Shown one piece after another: positions 38,200 through 50,014 of a stretch of 64,000 bases of DNA. The stretch covers positions 682,001 through 746,000 of the forward strand of contig QPGO01000020.1 of the NCBI GenBank assembly GCA_008632985.1, written 5' to 3'. The stretch's first letter is position 1. Each line of letters starts with the position of its first letter. Made by a program: the position numbers and the translations under genes. This stretch comes from Psammoneis japonica (lineage: Eukaryota). The notes under the pieces are model-generated. The model saw only the letters and a list, made by a program, of their open reading frames with translations. It did not search any database and was not told the DNA's origin.

Positions 38200-39800
38200 A
38201 ACCTTCACCAAAAAGGCTGCCCTTTGGGGTGTCAAGCACACCGTCTCAGTCCACAACATCATGTTGAATGATTTTGGGGCTGCAGGAGGTGGCAGCAGAT
38301 TTTTCCAATGAACTTGCTTCATGTGCTGCTGTGGTGCGCCATTGTCAGCGGGTTGGTGTCAGGAGGTGGCAAACCTGGTGCAGGCTGAATGGGAGCAGAT
38401 GGGGTGGTGACATTCATGGTGGCAAAATTGTGCATGTGAGCGGGGCATTGGAGTGTGGGTTGGGGGCCCAGGTGAAACAGATCCTTGTGTCAATGGACGA
38501 GCGTTTTGCAGGGAAAAATGGGAGGAAGCCTGGTGGTGCTTTTGTGGCAACATGTCAGAAGGTTGAGCAGAGACAAGCAAAAGGGCCAAGGGTGTGGCAG
38601 AGCAACCAGACGGTGTCACAAATTGAGCTGGACAGAGGTGTTTGTGGGTGCGTGAGCAGGAGAAGGTGTGGTCACTGCTGACATCCGGGGTGTTTCCACA
38701 AGGGTGTGCAGTCATGACATGGGATGGTTGGATCACAGGTGAACAGAGTCTTTGTTGGAGGAGGATGGTGAAGGGTTGGGAAGGGAGATGGTGACAGTTG
38801 TGCCACAGTCTGGAGAGGGAGTGCAGGGCAAGACTTGTGTGAGCAGAGAGGAAGGATGGCAAGACATGGTGGAGAGATGGGTTGTGGCGCAGGTTGTGAA
38901 TGGCTTGTTTTGCATGGGAGTGGTCCAGGCATTGGGACAGGCCTCAGAGGTTGTGAGAGAGCTTCGTCAGTGAGAGGGCAGAGAGACAGAGGGAGGAGCA
39001 GCACCTTGGAGAACACAGGTTTTGGATGGGTTGAGGTGGATGCCACATGGGGGGAGCCAAGTTCGTAGAAGCATTGAAGAACCAGGGGAGGAGGGCAATG
39101 GGCAGATGCATTTGTGAAAGTGTGTTGTCAATGTGGGAGCCAGTGGTGGATGGTGGGGAGCAGTGTGAAAGGCAGGTGGGTGCTGGCTTCCTTGTTGAGT
39201 TGGGCGAAGACAAGTGCAAGGGCAAGGCTCTGGCAATTGCAGGGCTTTGGGGGCAACCCTGGGCAATGGCTTCATGTTGGAGGAAGGGTTGCCATTGGCT
39301 GGCATCGTGGCAGTGCCAGCAAGAGTTGGGTTTCTTGGTGTGCACAAGAAGAGGTCAAGAAGGCAAGGGGAGTGGTTGGAAAACAGCGCTGGTGAACAGG
39401 AAGAAGGCTCGAGATGGGGCTGGGTTGTCAAAGGAGAGATGGCACTCGATGCTGCTGGCAAAGGTGGAGTGAACGAGACAGTCCATGACGCCTTTGATGC
39501 CTGCTCCAAATTGACCAGTGGGGAGAAAGTGTGTTTTGGCAAAGGCAGGGCCAAGGACGGCGATGGTGAAACCACCCCGACAGGGCAGAGCTTGGTTGGA
39601 GAGGTCGGAGGGGTCTTTTTTTGTAAGGCGGCGAAGCAGTTTGAGGTGAGGATGGGTTGGATGGGATGAGACAAGACAGGAGAATTTTAAAGGAGGGAAG
39701 GTGTGGGTGGGCAAACAGCTGGGCGTTTTGGTGTTGGTGAGGGCACAGGATTTGAGGAGGTCGGTGGAGTCAGTGTGTTCAATCCAAGGTGCGCCTACCT
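38200..39800 (-). mobile_element. Heavily decayed non-LTR retrotransposon reverse transcriptase fragment
   Basis: Across frames: KKDPSDL, HFLPTGQFGAGIKG, QHEAIAQGCPQSP (QGxPLSP), and SHIDNT at 39124-39135 (YIDD equivalent). Confidence 0.7.
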
Positions 39801-40344
39801 GCCACACATGAGCAAAAAGCCACGACGTCAGCTTTGCGTCAATCTGGCGTGTCGGCCTTGTGACGAACGGCTTGCATTAAGTGGGGTTCTCATTCAACGT
39901 CATTTCGACGCAACGCCATAAACAATCCCAAATGGAATCATTGCGTCGCAGCTGGCAGTCGCTTACGTTGCAGCCCGCAGCTGGTTTTGTTCAGGCGCGA
40001 CTAACGGTGTTCGGCGGTCGACGAACGTCACATTCAAAACACGTCACCTTTTTCTTGCCGTACATTTGTACACATCCATCGAACATTGTTAAATAAATGA
40101 AGCACTATGTTGTCGGTTCAGTTTTAAATAAAATATTCTATACGACGTCATATTCTTTTCTATACTTGCTACAATCTATGAGGTGGCATGATGTGGCGGG
40201 CAATCTTCGTAAAACTTCAAGCAGCAAAATTTTGAACGATCGACCTGACATCACACTCCGTTGATACGACTGTCACTTTTTCCCATCCCACCATTCGCTT
40301 GCTTCTCACAATTCTTGATTGCTTCTGTTTGAAAAGAACAAATC

Positions 40345-41433
40345 ATGTGCAAGGAAACTACTGAGGTCGAAACGGGAGCTCCCGTAGACAAGATCCCCCA
40401 AGACGATGCCACTGCTGCCAGCAGCCGTGCGTCTTCGGGCGTCACCGTCATGCCCAACGTTGCTCTCAAGCGCATGAAGCTTCTCATGGCGTTTTTGGGA
40501 GCATGTGCCATCGGTCTCCTCATTTCCACCATCTACCTCGCTGTCGACCGCGACAATGAAAAGAACAAGAGCAAGGAGGTCGAAGTATCTAAAGTTCAAG
40601 GACCCAACCCCTGCCAAGGCAAGCGCCCCGATTTGCCCAACGTCGCCTGTATCATTGACGAAATGACGCAAACCGGCGAACAATCCGGTGCCAATGTCAC
40701 CAGGGGATACAATGGCGACCGGGAAACCGACGCCGAACCCATCACCACCTCCTACTTTGAAGCCGGCTTGTGCCCCGTCAATGTTCACTGGCATTTGGGT
40801 GCCGAGCACTATTCGGCTGGCGAGTTTGACGAGATTGGCACCGGTCCGCTTGATTTCCACGAAGGCCGTCAGGGATTCCAGTGCAGGTACTACGATGAGA
40901 ATGACCCCAAATTTAATACTCCGTTCAACTGGCAGCACTGCATTGGAATGATGGTTGGTCAAACCTACGAAGTTCACTGGCCCCATTCGGCCGCTGGTGC
41001 ATGCGGTACGCCCTTCCAATACCAGACTCCCTTTTACGATGGTGTCTTTTGCCGTGACGACGTGATTACCAACACGGCTCAGCAGATTGGTGTTCAGTCT
41101 CAAGTCTTTACCATCGTCAATGACGAGGACTACTACTACCCCGACCTGTTCCGCGGCATGATTGTCGATGGAGAGATGGGAACCGACGTGGCCAAGTACA
41201 CGGGTTCCACCACGGGTACTGCCCGTAACAACGAAATTTGCTCTCCCTTCACTCCCATTACCTGGCAGGTGGACCGCAAGTGCCATTTGATTTCGGCCTC
41301 AAGTTTTGACAAAATGTGCAAGGACATGAGAGCCCAGGCCGATAACATGAACGACGATCTTTATGCTCACGGATCTCGAGAGCTTGTGGACGACCAGCAC
41401 GCTGCAAACAACCAGCAGCTTCGTCGGGCTTAG
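40345..41433 (+). CDS. Delta-class carbonic anhydrase (TWCA1-like) with N-terminal membrane anchor
   Basis: CPVNVHWHLGAEHYS, YEVHWPHSAAGAC, IGVQSQVFTIVNDE, YTGSTTG and WQVDRKCH motifs typical of diatom delta-CA; one TM segment near residues 45-65. Confidence 0.93.
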   Translation: MCKETTEVETGAPVDKIPQDDATAASSRASSGVTVMPNVALKRMKLLMAFLGACAIGLLISTIYLAVDRDNEKNKSKEVEVSKVQGPNPCQGKRPDLPNVACIIDEMTQTGEQSGANVTRGYNGDRETDAEPITTSYFEAGLCPVNVHWHLGAEHYSAGEFDEIGTGPLDFHEGRQGFQCRYYDENDPKFNTPFNWQHCIGMMVGQTYEVHWPHSAAGACGTPFQYQTPFYDGVFCRDDVITNTAQQIGVQSQVFTIVNDEDYYYPDLFRGMIVDGEMGTDVAKYTGSTTGTARNNEICSPFTPITWQVDRKCHLISASSFDKMCKDMRAQADNMNDDLYAHGSRELVDDQHAANNQQLRRA

Positions 41434-43057
41434 ATGCGTTTATGTTGTTCAACAGCGATGTGTAAGGTACAAACGACGAAGCCATTCAGTACAAAATGCA
41501 TTGACGAGTTACCATAAGATAGAGACAAAAAAATTGTAAAAAGGAATTGTACAAGATACTTTCTGTTCCATGCAACATCAGTCAAGCAAAATGTTCAATA
41601 GTACGCACAGCATATATATCTGATAAAGTATCACTAATATCACGTCCAAATTATGGAACACGAGCACTCGCCACGAGACACAGATTCTCCTCCAGTGTCT
41701 CTTGTAGCATCATTCCTTTGTTGCTAGAAGAATGATGTAATCGCAGAATTATGGAACTACCAACAAGGGTACCGCACCGCTTCTGGAAAATGAACTAACC
41801 CAGAGCTAACAAAGCTGGCTGATGATCATGGATATAACTAAAATAGGCTCGTGCTGTTGTTCAAGGCGTCGAAGGAAACCGTTGACTGAGTTGGTTTGTC
41901 GACAAGCTTGCTTCTCGGCTGGTATACGATTTTAGGCGCCAAAGTCATGTGGAATATTTTTTGCTTGGAGAATTGGTTGAACACGGCGATGACTTGTGCA
42001 CAACTGGTCTACGATAGCACCATTAAATCCCAAAGCTCTCACGCAAATAGCCCATACTCCTTCCAACGTTGGAAGGGTATCGTCAACACTTCATGATTTT
42101 CAGGGAACCCGGTGACAACAAAATTCACCGCCTACGAAGTTATCACCAGAGTCAGGTGGAGAAATCCCCGAATTACAAGCCTCCATATTTTTGTGGCATT
42201 TACTTACCGAAGATAGGCGCGGATCTGACGATGCCCCAAGCCCGTCGCAGCCATCATGGATCCGCTGCATGGGCTTCCAATCAGTAAACGCGGCAGCTTT
42301 GTTGCTTCTTCGTTCAGCTCATCACTCTCCTCATTTACCCCAAGGCCTGTCTTTACCTGGTTGAGAGAAGATACTTCCTTTGAACTCGCCTGTTTTCGTA
42401 CATCGACTCTTACTCGCAACCCGGCCAACTGAGACTGACCTGGAGGATACTCATCTTAACGCTGCCATCACTGTCAATCATACGTCTTTTCTTCCTCGCC
42501 ACATTCTGTTTTTCTTTATCGGCTCCTACAGTGCTTTATTCAGAAACTTTGGTATCCCTTGTAGCTGTCGTTTTTTGATCTTGTCCTTCATCATGGGCAG
42601 CGCCATGGATCCGTTCCATTTGGATTGAATGCTCCATACGTTTGGGAGGGCTCCGCTCTTGTGTGTGACTTCAAAGATGTCAGCTAGCCGGACTAGTTAA
42701 TTCGCCTTTCTGTTTGGGGTGTACAGAAAGGCGTTCAGCCTTATCTAGAGTCACCATCTCGACGGTACACACGGTCGTGTGCTTCTGATTCAATAGCCTG
42801 AACACGTCACCGCGAAATGCAACTCTATCTGTTTGCCCGACCAACGAACGCTTCGTGCTGATCCAAACATAATTCAGAACTCTGAGCTTCATGATCCAAA
42901 AGCGAGTTCCAAATATTGGATTGACGCCATTGTGAATTACTGCGACGACCCGTCTTTATCGTGTATAAGGCATTCAACATTCTAGTTCGTATGCCGACAG
43001 CTTCTTGGAAGAAATCATTCCAGCCAAAACCCGTGTAACCACGGGGCGCAGAATACA

Positions 43058-43623
43058 AATGCGTATATCCATCGGATTGAGAAGACATGGTTGAAGTCGT
43101 GACGGATACTTTTGAAGTGGAACATCCTCAACATGGCGACATTCGCCGGTAACGAGCAACGCGCTTTCATGTCGAAGTCGAATGTAGTTCTGGAAGAACT
43201 GCATGAGAGTCGCGATGAGCCTGCTCGTGTCATTTGTGTCGTGCACCTCTTGTTGATCCAGTGCTCTAAGATAATCAGAATTCCAGTTATGCTTCAAGGC
43301 CTAAACGCCGTTCCAGAAACTGCATCGTTTGAGAGACAGTTGCTTCAAATGCGTATACCCATCGGATTGAGAAGACATGGTTGAAGTCGTGACGGCCATC
43401 CTCAACATGGCGACATTCGCCGGTAACGAGCAACGCGCTTTCATGTCGAAGTCGAATGTAGTTCTGGAAGAACTGGCTAAGAGTCGCAATGAGCCTACTC
43501 GTGTCATTTGTGTCGTGCACCTCTTGTTGATCCAGTGCTCTAAAATAATCAGAATTCCAGTTATACTTCAAGGCCTAAACGCCGTTCCAGAAACTGCATC
43601 GCTTGACAGACAGTTGCTTCAAA
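43058..43623. repeat. Tandem duplication of ~274-290 bp within a degenerate coding-like region
   Basis: Copy A 43058-43349 and copy B 43350-43623 are near identical, with one ~16-bp indel. Confidence 0.95.
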
Positions 43624-45805
43624 GCAAAACAGGCATGCTCCACGGCCTGGTAGGCATTTGTGATCTCTTTCGCAGTTCTATCTCTGACAGACGACTCGTT
43701 CTTCTTGGTACTTGGTGACATACCACGATGCAGACGCTTTGAGACAAACACACGCCTCTTGTAACGATGAACAAACGCTGTCGGATTGACAGCAGCATCA
43801 GAGCTCATCGTGATTCAGATTGCGTTCATCATGATGGTTGCGCCTCGTGGTAATCGGTAACAGTAAGTTTTGAGAAGACCTCGAGACCAATCCCTGCTTT
43901 GACCTAGTCGAACAAAAATGATAGACACGTGTGAGAGGCTTTCAACTATAGACAAACGTCCATAAAAATACGCGCTCGTACTCTTCCAACACTGCCCCTA
44001 GAGTTGGTAAAAGGATGCTCTCTTTCGGAGCTTCCCCTGTGATTATGCTTTCCCCGCACAGAGCCCGATCCAGAGCTACGACATCCGACAGGTCCGCGTT
44101 GAATACCTGACCAATATCTGGTGGAAATGCGTGTACCAAATGAACCCCCAATACCACTCCAGCATTCTCATATGGAGACGATACCTGCATGTTGGGATGT
44201 ACGTTGACAAGGTGGAAGTGCGGTACCCTCTGCTGCTACAAATCGATCTCATCAAAGTTCAGTCATGGAAATCGGCGCTGCAATTTGTTCAATCAAGTAG
44301 CAAAAAGGCGTCCTGCGACCTGCGATACCGTCGCGGTGTGAGCAAGTATTGCCGCGTCAAGATGATTCTTGTCGGAAGCCACAACTCCCTACTCAATCGC
44401 ATCTGAATTGATGCCACATCTGAGTTCGAGACGTGATCCATCAAAAAGGTCTTCAAAACCGCAGCCATGACTGATGTTTAGCCGCTTTGAATCACATTAT
44501 TGTTTCATTCTTCAACCGTAGAACCGGAAACAACAAGAAGGAAGCATCCCAAGCATTGACAGTATTCCAGGAATGGAATTTTTGCATGATGAAAACAATA
44601 ACTTCGACAATACCAATGCTGAGAAAAGCTCGAACGGGCCTTTCACGGTCAACCATCGAAAAGGAAGTATAAGATCAACAACAATGCCTTTCTCCTCAGA
44701 GAATCATCAACCGCTGATTTCAACGAGCTTTTCCCAGACAAACTGAGCCAAAAGATCCCACCTGCGACCGCAACAGTCGCTGCCAAACGGTCCACGGCGG
44801 AGACCAAAAAGGGAAAGGACTATGCCATCAATACGGCTGTACGAATGCGGGATGAGTTGCGTCGAAACGTTGCAATCGAGCGACTGATTTGCCCGCGTCG
44901 ACGTGAAAAGATATACACGAATGCGCTTGTATCATTATATGAGAGCAAACTCAGTGATGGTGGCGTGATAGAGTGCCTATGGGAGACAATGCGGTGGCCA
45001 GATACCGTCCACAAAGTGACCGAGAATCTGGTACAGAATTTCTTTCGCCAACGCCCACTCGTCGGCGTCAACGTTCACGAATGCAGCCCAACCAACGGAG
45101 CGCAGGCAGATCCGCTGGCTTTTTTGTCGTCAGCTGTCCTAAGGGGGAAGCTTTTCCCTGCATCGTTGTGATTCCAACGCATTGATGCCCGTGCATTTTT
45201 TCCAAAGCTATGGGATTATTCCGAGGATAAGGCATGCCGCAGCTTGAAAGTCCAACAAAAAGAGTAGCTGCAGGTGCGTCTGCTCTCGAAAAAGCCACGT
45301 CCAGATTTACGGAGAATAGGAAACGCCAACGATTCACATCCAACATGCCCCGCGTATTTGAAGTGTACATTGCTACAGTCATGGCCGCGCTGTGTCCTTT
45401 GCTTGTGCAAAGCCAGTGGATGCGATTTGAGGCAATATCATGATCGTACGTTTCGGTCATTCTTGGTATTCCTCTCTTGCGATGATTCGATTTGGTTTCA
45501 GCCTCACTCTCATTGACTGTATCTAGCCCTAGTCCAGAGTGTCGCTACCACCACCACGGTCATATTATGTCTCATCCCTGGACGGTGTTGCTCTCTTGGT
45601 TTGATAATGTCGACCCCTTTTCAGCTAGACATGCGTGAAAATAGAGTTCTTAGACTGCGGGTGCCGATAAGGGGCATGAGAGACTGGTCTGACGATACCT
45701 CAATGGCGACGGAGGCGGGACGAATGCAGTCGCTTGCTTGGTGTTACAAAATCAAGTCCGGTGCTCGCAGGATATCTCTCGCAGTACCCACAAAACATCT
45801 AAAAT

Positions 45806-46429
45806 TTACAGTTTCTTTCTCTTGCGTTTCTTTTCATCCTTCATTTTCTTCTTTTTCTTTTTGTCGTCCTTTGGTGATTCTGTTTCTTGCTCGTCTCGCT
45901 TTCGTTTCTTGAGCTTCTTCTGCTTGGTTGGTTTCTTCGATTGTTTCTCATTCTCGCTTGTCTTGTTCGCTTGTGAAGACTCGTCTGCAGCTGAAGGCTT
46001 TCCTCTCTTTTTTCGTTCTTCCCGCTTGGCGGCTCGTTTCGCTTCCAACTTGGCTTCTTTCTTGGCTTTGAGTTTTGCGGCCTTTTTTGCCGCCTTCTTT
46101 TCTAGTTTCCTCTTTTTCTTGGCGTCTTGGTCGCTGCTGCTACTACTGCTACTGCTACGGTTGCTGTTGTTTTCGTCGTCACTATCAAAATTGCGCTTAA
46201 TCACACGTCCGTCTCCGTCATTATGCGAGGAGGGATCAAAGGATCCTTCTCGTACAAAGTTGCGATAGAGAGAATTGTTTGGCAAGTCGCCGTTCTGCTG
46301 TTCCAAAGTAGGTCCTGCAGCAGCATTGGACCACGAGTACTGTCCTGAAGATCGACCTAAGCCACCTCTATTTGATCCAGAACGACTACTCAGTGTGTCG
46401 TGAAGAGCTTGAAGTTTTGACTCCTCCAT
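45806..46429 (-). CDS. Lysine-rich low-complexity hypothetical protein (nuclear/nucleolar-like)
   Basis: Open frame from ATG (MEESK); LYRNFVREG followed by Ser/Asp and Lys/Glu tracts. The start is uncertain. Confidence 0.65.
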   Translation of the reverse strand: MEESKLQALHDTLSSRSGSNRGGLGRSSGQYSWSNAAAGPTLEQQNGDLPNNSLYRNFVREGSFDPSSHNDGDGRVIKRNFDSDDENNSNRSSSSSSSSDQDAKKKRKLEKKAAKKAAKLKAKKEAKLEAKRAAKREERKKRGKPSAADESSQANKTSENEKQSKKPTKQKKLKKRKRDEQETESPKDDKKKKKKMKDEKKRKRKKL

Positions 46430-46659
46430 TCTTTGCGGCACGTACTAAATTTTGCACAAATTGTAATGCTTTTGCCGTTGTTGATGTTGAGAGAGAGAGA
46501 GAGAGGAAAAGAGCTAAAAAAGTGACAACGAGAATTTTCTGTGGCTGATGATAAGGCATTGAATCGTGTGAAGAGACAGGTGGTGTATCGGTCGACGCTC
46601 AGACAGTCTGTTCTTCGCACGCAATCAAATAGAAATCCTTGTGCGCGGATTTTCGCGCG

Positions 46660-49646
46660 ACTTAGACACTCCCCATGTTTTGAAATGTCTTGTTGATTGG
46701 CCAAACACGTGCTTGCTCATGCTACAAACATGACCAACCGTGTGCCAACTGTGTTTGCTTCCACAAATGTAAGAACAAGGAAGGACTCCCAACTTGCGGT
46801 GCAAGTGACTGGAGCTCGGACAAGAAGACACGGAAACTTCCAACCTCCCCGGAAGCTAGTCCACTTCAACCGAAAATTTGTCAATTCATCAATGACACCC
46901 CTGATGACACCGACAAACAAAACAAAAACAAGGCCAACACCGAAGCCAACAAAGAGAACATCGTGCCCAATGATCAGAGGACGGATGCTGACGAGGGCAG
47001 AAACGATGAGGAGGCCACTGCCGCCACAAGGGACAGTGAGCGGTCGGAGGACAGATTGGGCTCGGAGGGAGCCATCATTCCGTCAATTGACCACACCAGC
47101 AACACACCCAATGACTTCAATTCAGACGCAGAAAGGATCATCCACGAGACACGCGGCGAGACATGTCACCTCAGTGACGGTGCTGAACTGGATGGTGGGA
47201 CACTGGACGACAAAACGTGGCAAGAGTGTTGGCGCCGGCCAATGCCCTGTCCATCGCAACGATGTGACGTGCCAAATGGCTCGGTTGGCAAACGATTCAT
47301 TGCAACGTTGGCAGAACTGCTGGATGGAGTCACGAGGCGGAAGTGGAACTCGGAAAGATTCGCAGCACATCAGATGGTCATTTTACAGCGAGACCACAAC
47401 GCAAAAGGAGCCAAAGATGTCAGAACTTTGTTCAGCACGCGCATGGACGATTGGGACGCGGGCAAGCACAAAATGCTGGTCCAATCAACGGAGCGGCCAC
47501 TTGAAGCAAACCTAAAAACCATTCAAAGGGAGGGAACGCCTGAGCAGCGCGCCAAGACATTCAACAGAATGGTGCTCCGAGAGTGCCTGCGAGGAGCGGT
47601 TGGGTGCATCTCTGAACGTGAAAAAGGTGGGATTCTATCGCCGGATGACATCGATGAAAAGACTGATGACACAGTGTTTGAAGTCCTTCAGAGGAAACAT
47701 CCGAGCCAAAGGATCCCGGACGAAGACCACTTTCACAAATTCAGCGAACCACCTGAACTCCAGGACATGCTCAGTTGTGAGCATTGGAGCATCCTGATCA
47801 TCCGTGGAAACTTTGGAACTGCCTTCATCTTGTTCAGCAAGGAAGGCGTCACGCAGGGCGATCCACTTGGTGTGGCAGCATGCGGGCCAGGCCTTCTTCC
47901 ACCAGTCCGTGAAATGAGTGAGCGTTTCAAAGACGCACTCACGCCATGGTGCGCCGACGACTCCGCAGCAGCAGGAAATTTCGTGACACTGCGAGAATTC
48001 TTCCTCAGTCTCCAAGCCGAAGGCCCCAAACATGGCTGCCACCCCACCGACAACTCCAAGAACATCCCAGCAGTCCCAGAGCGCAACCTGGAAAATGCTG
48101 GAACGCACTTTGGAGATCCAGGCTTTACCATCAAGTCTGGCAGCCGTTGCCTTGGAGGCTTCATTGGAGAGTCCGACGCGCGCGACCAATGGCTGGCGGA
48201 AAAAGCCAAGTCATGGACCTCGGTCGTCCAGGGACTCGCCAAAATCGCGATTCATCACCCTCAGACCACCTGCGCCGGTCTGCAGAAGTCCCCACAACAC
48301 CAGCGGCAATGCACCCAACATGTGGCAAAGGACTGCGGCGAATCGTTTGCCGACGTAGAACATGCAATGCAGCGCAATTTCCTGCCGGCTTTGACAGGTG
48401 AGACCCCAGCAGACGACGTCCCGAGACTGGCCCCATCCGCCCTCCCAATCAAATTTTTGGGACTGTCCATCCCTCGTCCAACTGAGTCCGCAGCTCACAA
48501 CTGCAAAGTGAGTGCTCTCACGTGTTCCCACGTGATCGACTCACTCCGCGGCTGCTCCCAGTTCTCATCCGCAGTCCACAAGGACACCGTGCCCGAAGTG
48601 AAACAAGAAGCAGCCGATCGAAAGGTTGCAGCACACGGGGAGACCCTCAAAATGATCCTCAGGACCCTGCCCGACCTCCAGGCCAGAGCTGTCAAGCACA
48701 GCACCAAGACAGGCGCGTGGCTCTCAGTGCACCCTTCGACGCTGAATGGCGCGGAACTCTCATGCCAAGAGTTCCGTGACGCGCTTTTCCTGTGGCATGG
48801 CAGTGCTCCACCGGACCTCCTGGAGCACTGCGATGGATGTGGATGCAAACTCACAATGAGCCACGCCCTTCAGTGCAAGAAGGGCGGCCCAGTCATCTCA
48901 CGACACAATGAAGTCCGTGACAACCCAGGCAACCCAATGGGCAAGGCTTGCAAACCTTCCCGCGCACACGATGAACCTCCAATCAACCCCGCTGGTCGCA
49001 GCGCAGGAAGCTCAAGCACCCCCACTGGCTCCCCAGGAAACACTGGCTCCAACAAGTCCAAGGATGACGATCGCGGCGACCTTCTCGGCATGTGATTCTG
49101 GGATGGAAGGACAGACATGGTGACGGATGTTCGCGTTCCCGACACGGATTCGAAGCCACACCTGTCCAAAACACCAGAGGATGTCCTGGCAATGCACGAA
49201 CAGGAGAAAAAGCGCAAGCACCTCAAGCCCTGTCTTGAGCAACACCGTCATTTCACACCCTTCGCAGTGTCATGCGACGGACTCTTTGGCAAAGAAGCCA
49301 AGGCAATGCTCCGCAAGATGGCCTCGAGGCTGTCAGACAAATGGCAAAAGCCATGCTCTGAAGCATGTGGCTGCGTCAATGTGAGAATGAGCACTGCCAT
49401 GGTCCGGGCGACTCACCGTTGCCTCCGGGGATCCCGCATTCCCGCCTCTCACATCAGCTCCAGACGACCCCAGTGGGAAGACGGCGCTGGTCTGTCCCTG
49501 TGCAGACACTGAATGACCCCGCCCAACCGACTCGCACCCTTCCAGACAACATGCCAACCAACCATCCACCTGCAACATCGATGTCGTGCCCAGAAGTTGA
49601 CAAAAACCCATCACCACCCCGAAAACGGCACCACAACTATTTCAAA
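46660..49646 (+). mobile_element. CRE-like non-LTR retrotransposon (RT + C-terminal zinc knuckle/restriction-like endonuclease), internally deleted and hypermutated
   Basis: Single frame 46690-49512 with one TGA at 49093. Motifs: EGVTQGDPL, W(C)ADD, LGGFIG, HALQCKKGG..SRHNEVRD, RGDLL...FW...DVRV.DTD, EQEKKRKH, FTPFAVS.DG, CLRGSR. The first RT subdomains are missing near 47770. Candidate 9-bp TSD TTTCGCGCG at 46651 and 49647. Confidence 0.9.
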
Positions 49647-50014
49647 TTTCGCGCGCACAGCCTACAATCTTGCGCGCAACAACTACCCCTTATTCGTACG
49701 ACTGCATTGTTAACTGTGTAATGCCCACTTTTCTCCCCTTGACACGCCTTGTGCCACTTTTGTGTGCCATACGACATCTACATACGCTAACACGGCTTGT
49801 GCCATGTCGTGCCAAAAAATTCAAGGCGAAACGATGGAGAGTAAATTCGCGCATTGCGCATGCCGAAGATCGCAAAAAGACGTTGCGACATCAACACCAT
49901 CCTCATCAACACCACCGCAACGGGGTAACAGAGAGAATACTCAATACACAGCGAACGGGAAAGATCCTTTGCCTTAGCGACTCTACAATATAAATTGAGA
50001 TTTCTTATTCTGAA

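Larger units (their letters stand above)
35280..39870. other. TpA-erased block 4
   Basis: TA nearly absent; CpG retained at both edges and depleted in the centre. Confidence 0.9.

Noticed and set aside
4142..39870. Hundreds of overlapping 60-335 aa ORFs rich in Cys/His/Gln within the TpA-erased blocks
   Set aside because: Artefact of losing TAA/TAG stops and Tyr codons. They occur in all six frames with no coherent domains.
40306..41286. 326-aa antisense ORF
   Set aside because: Shadow of the codon-biased delta-CA gene on the opposite strand.
41800..45500. Coding-like fragments between the delta-CA gene and the Lys-rich gene
   Set aside because: No recognisable domain or consistent frame; left unannotated apart from the tandem duplication.
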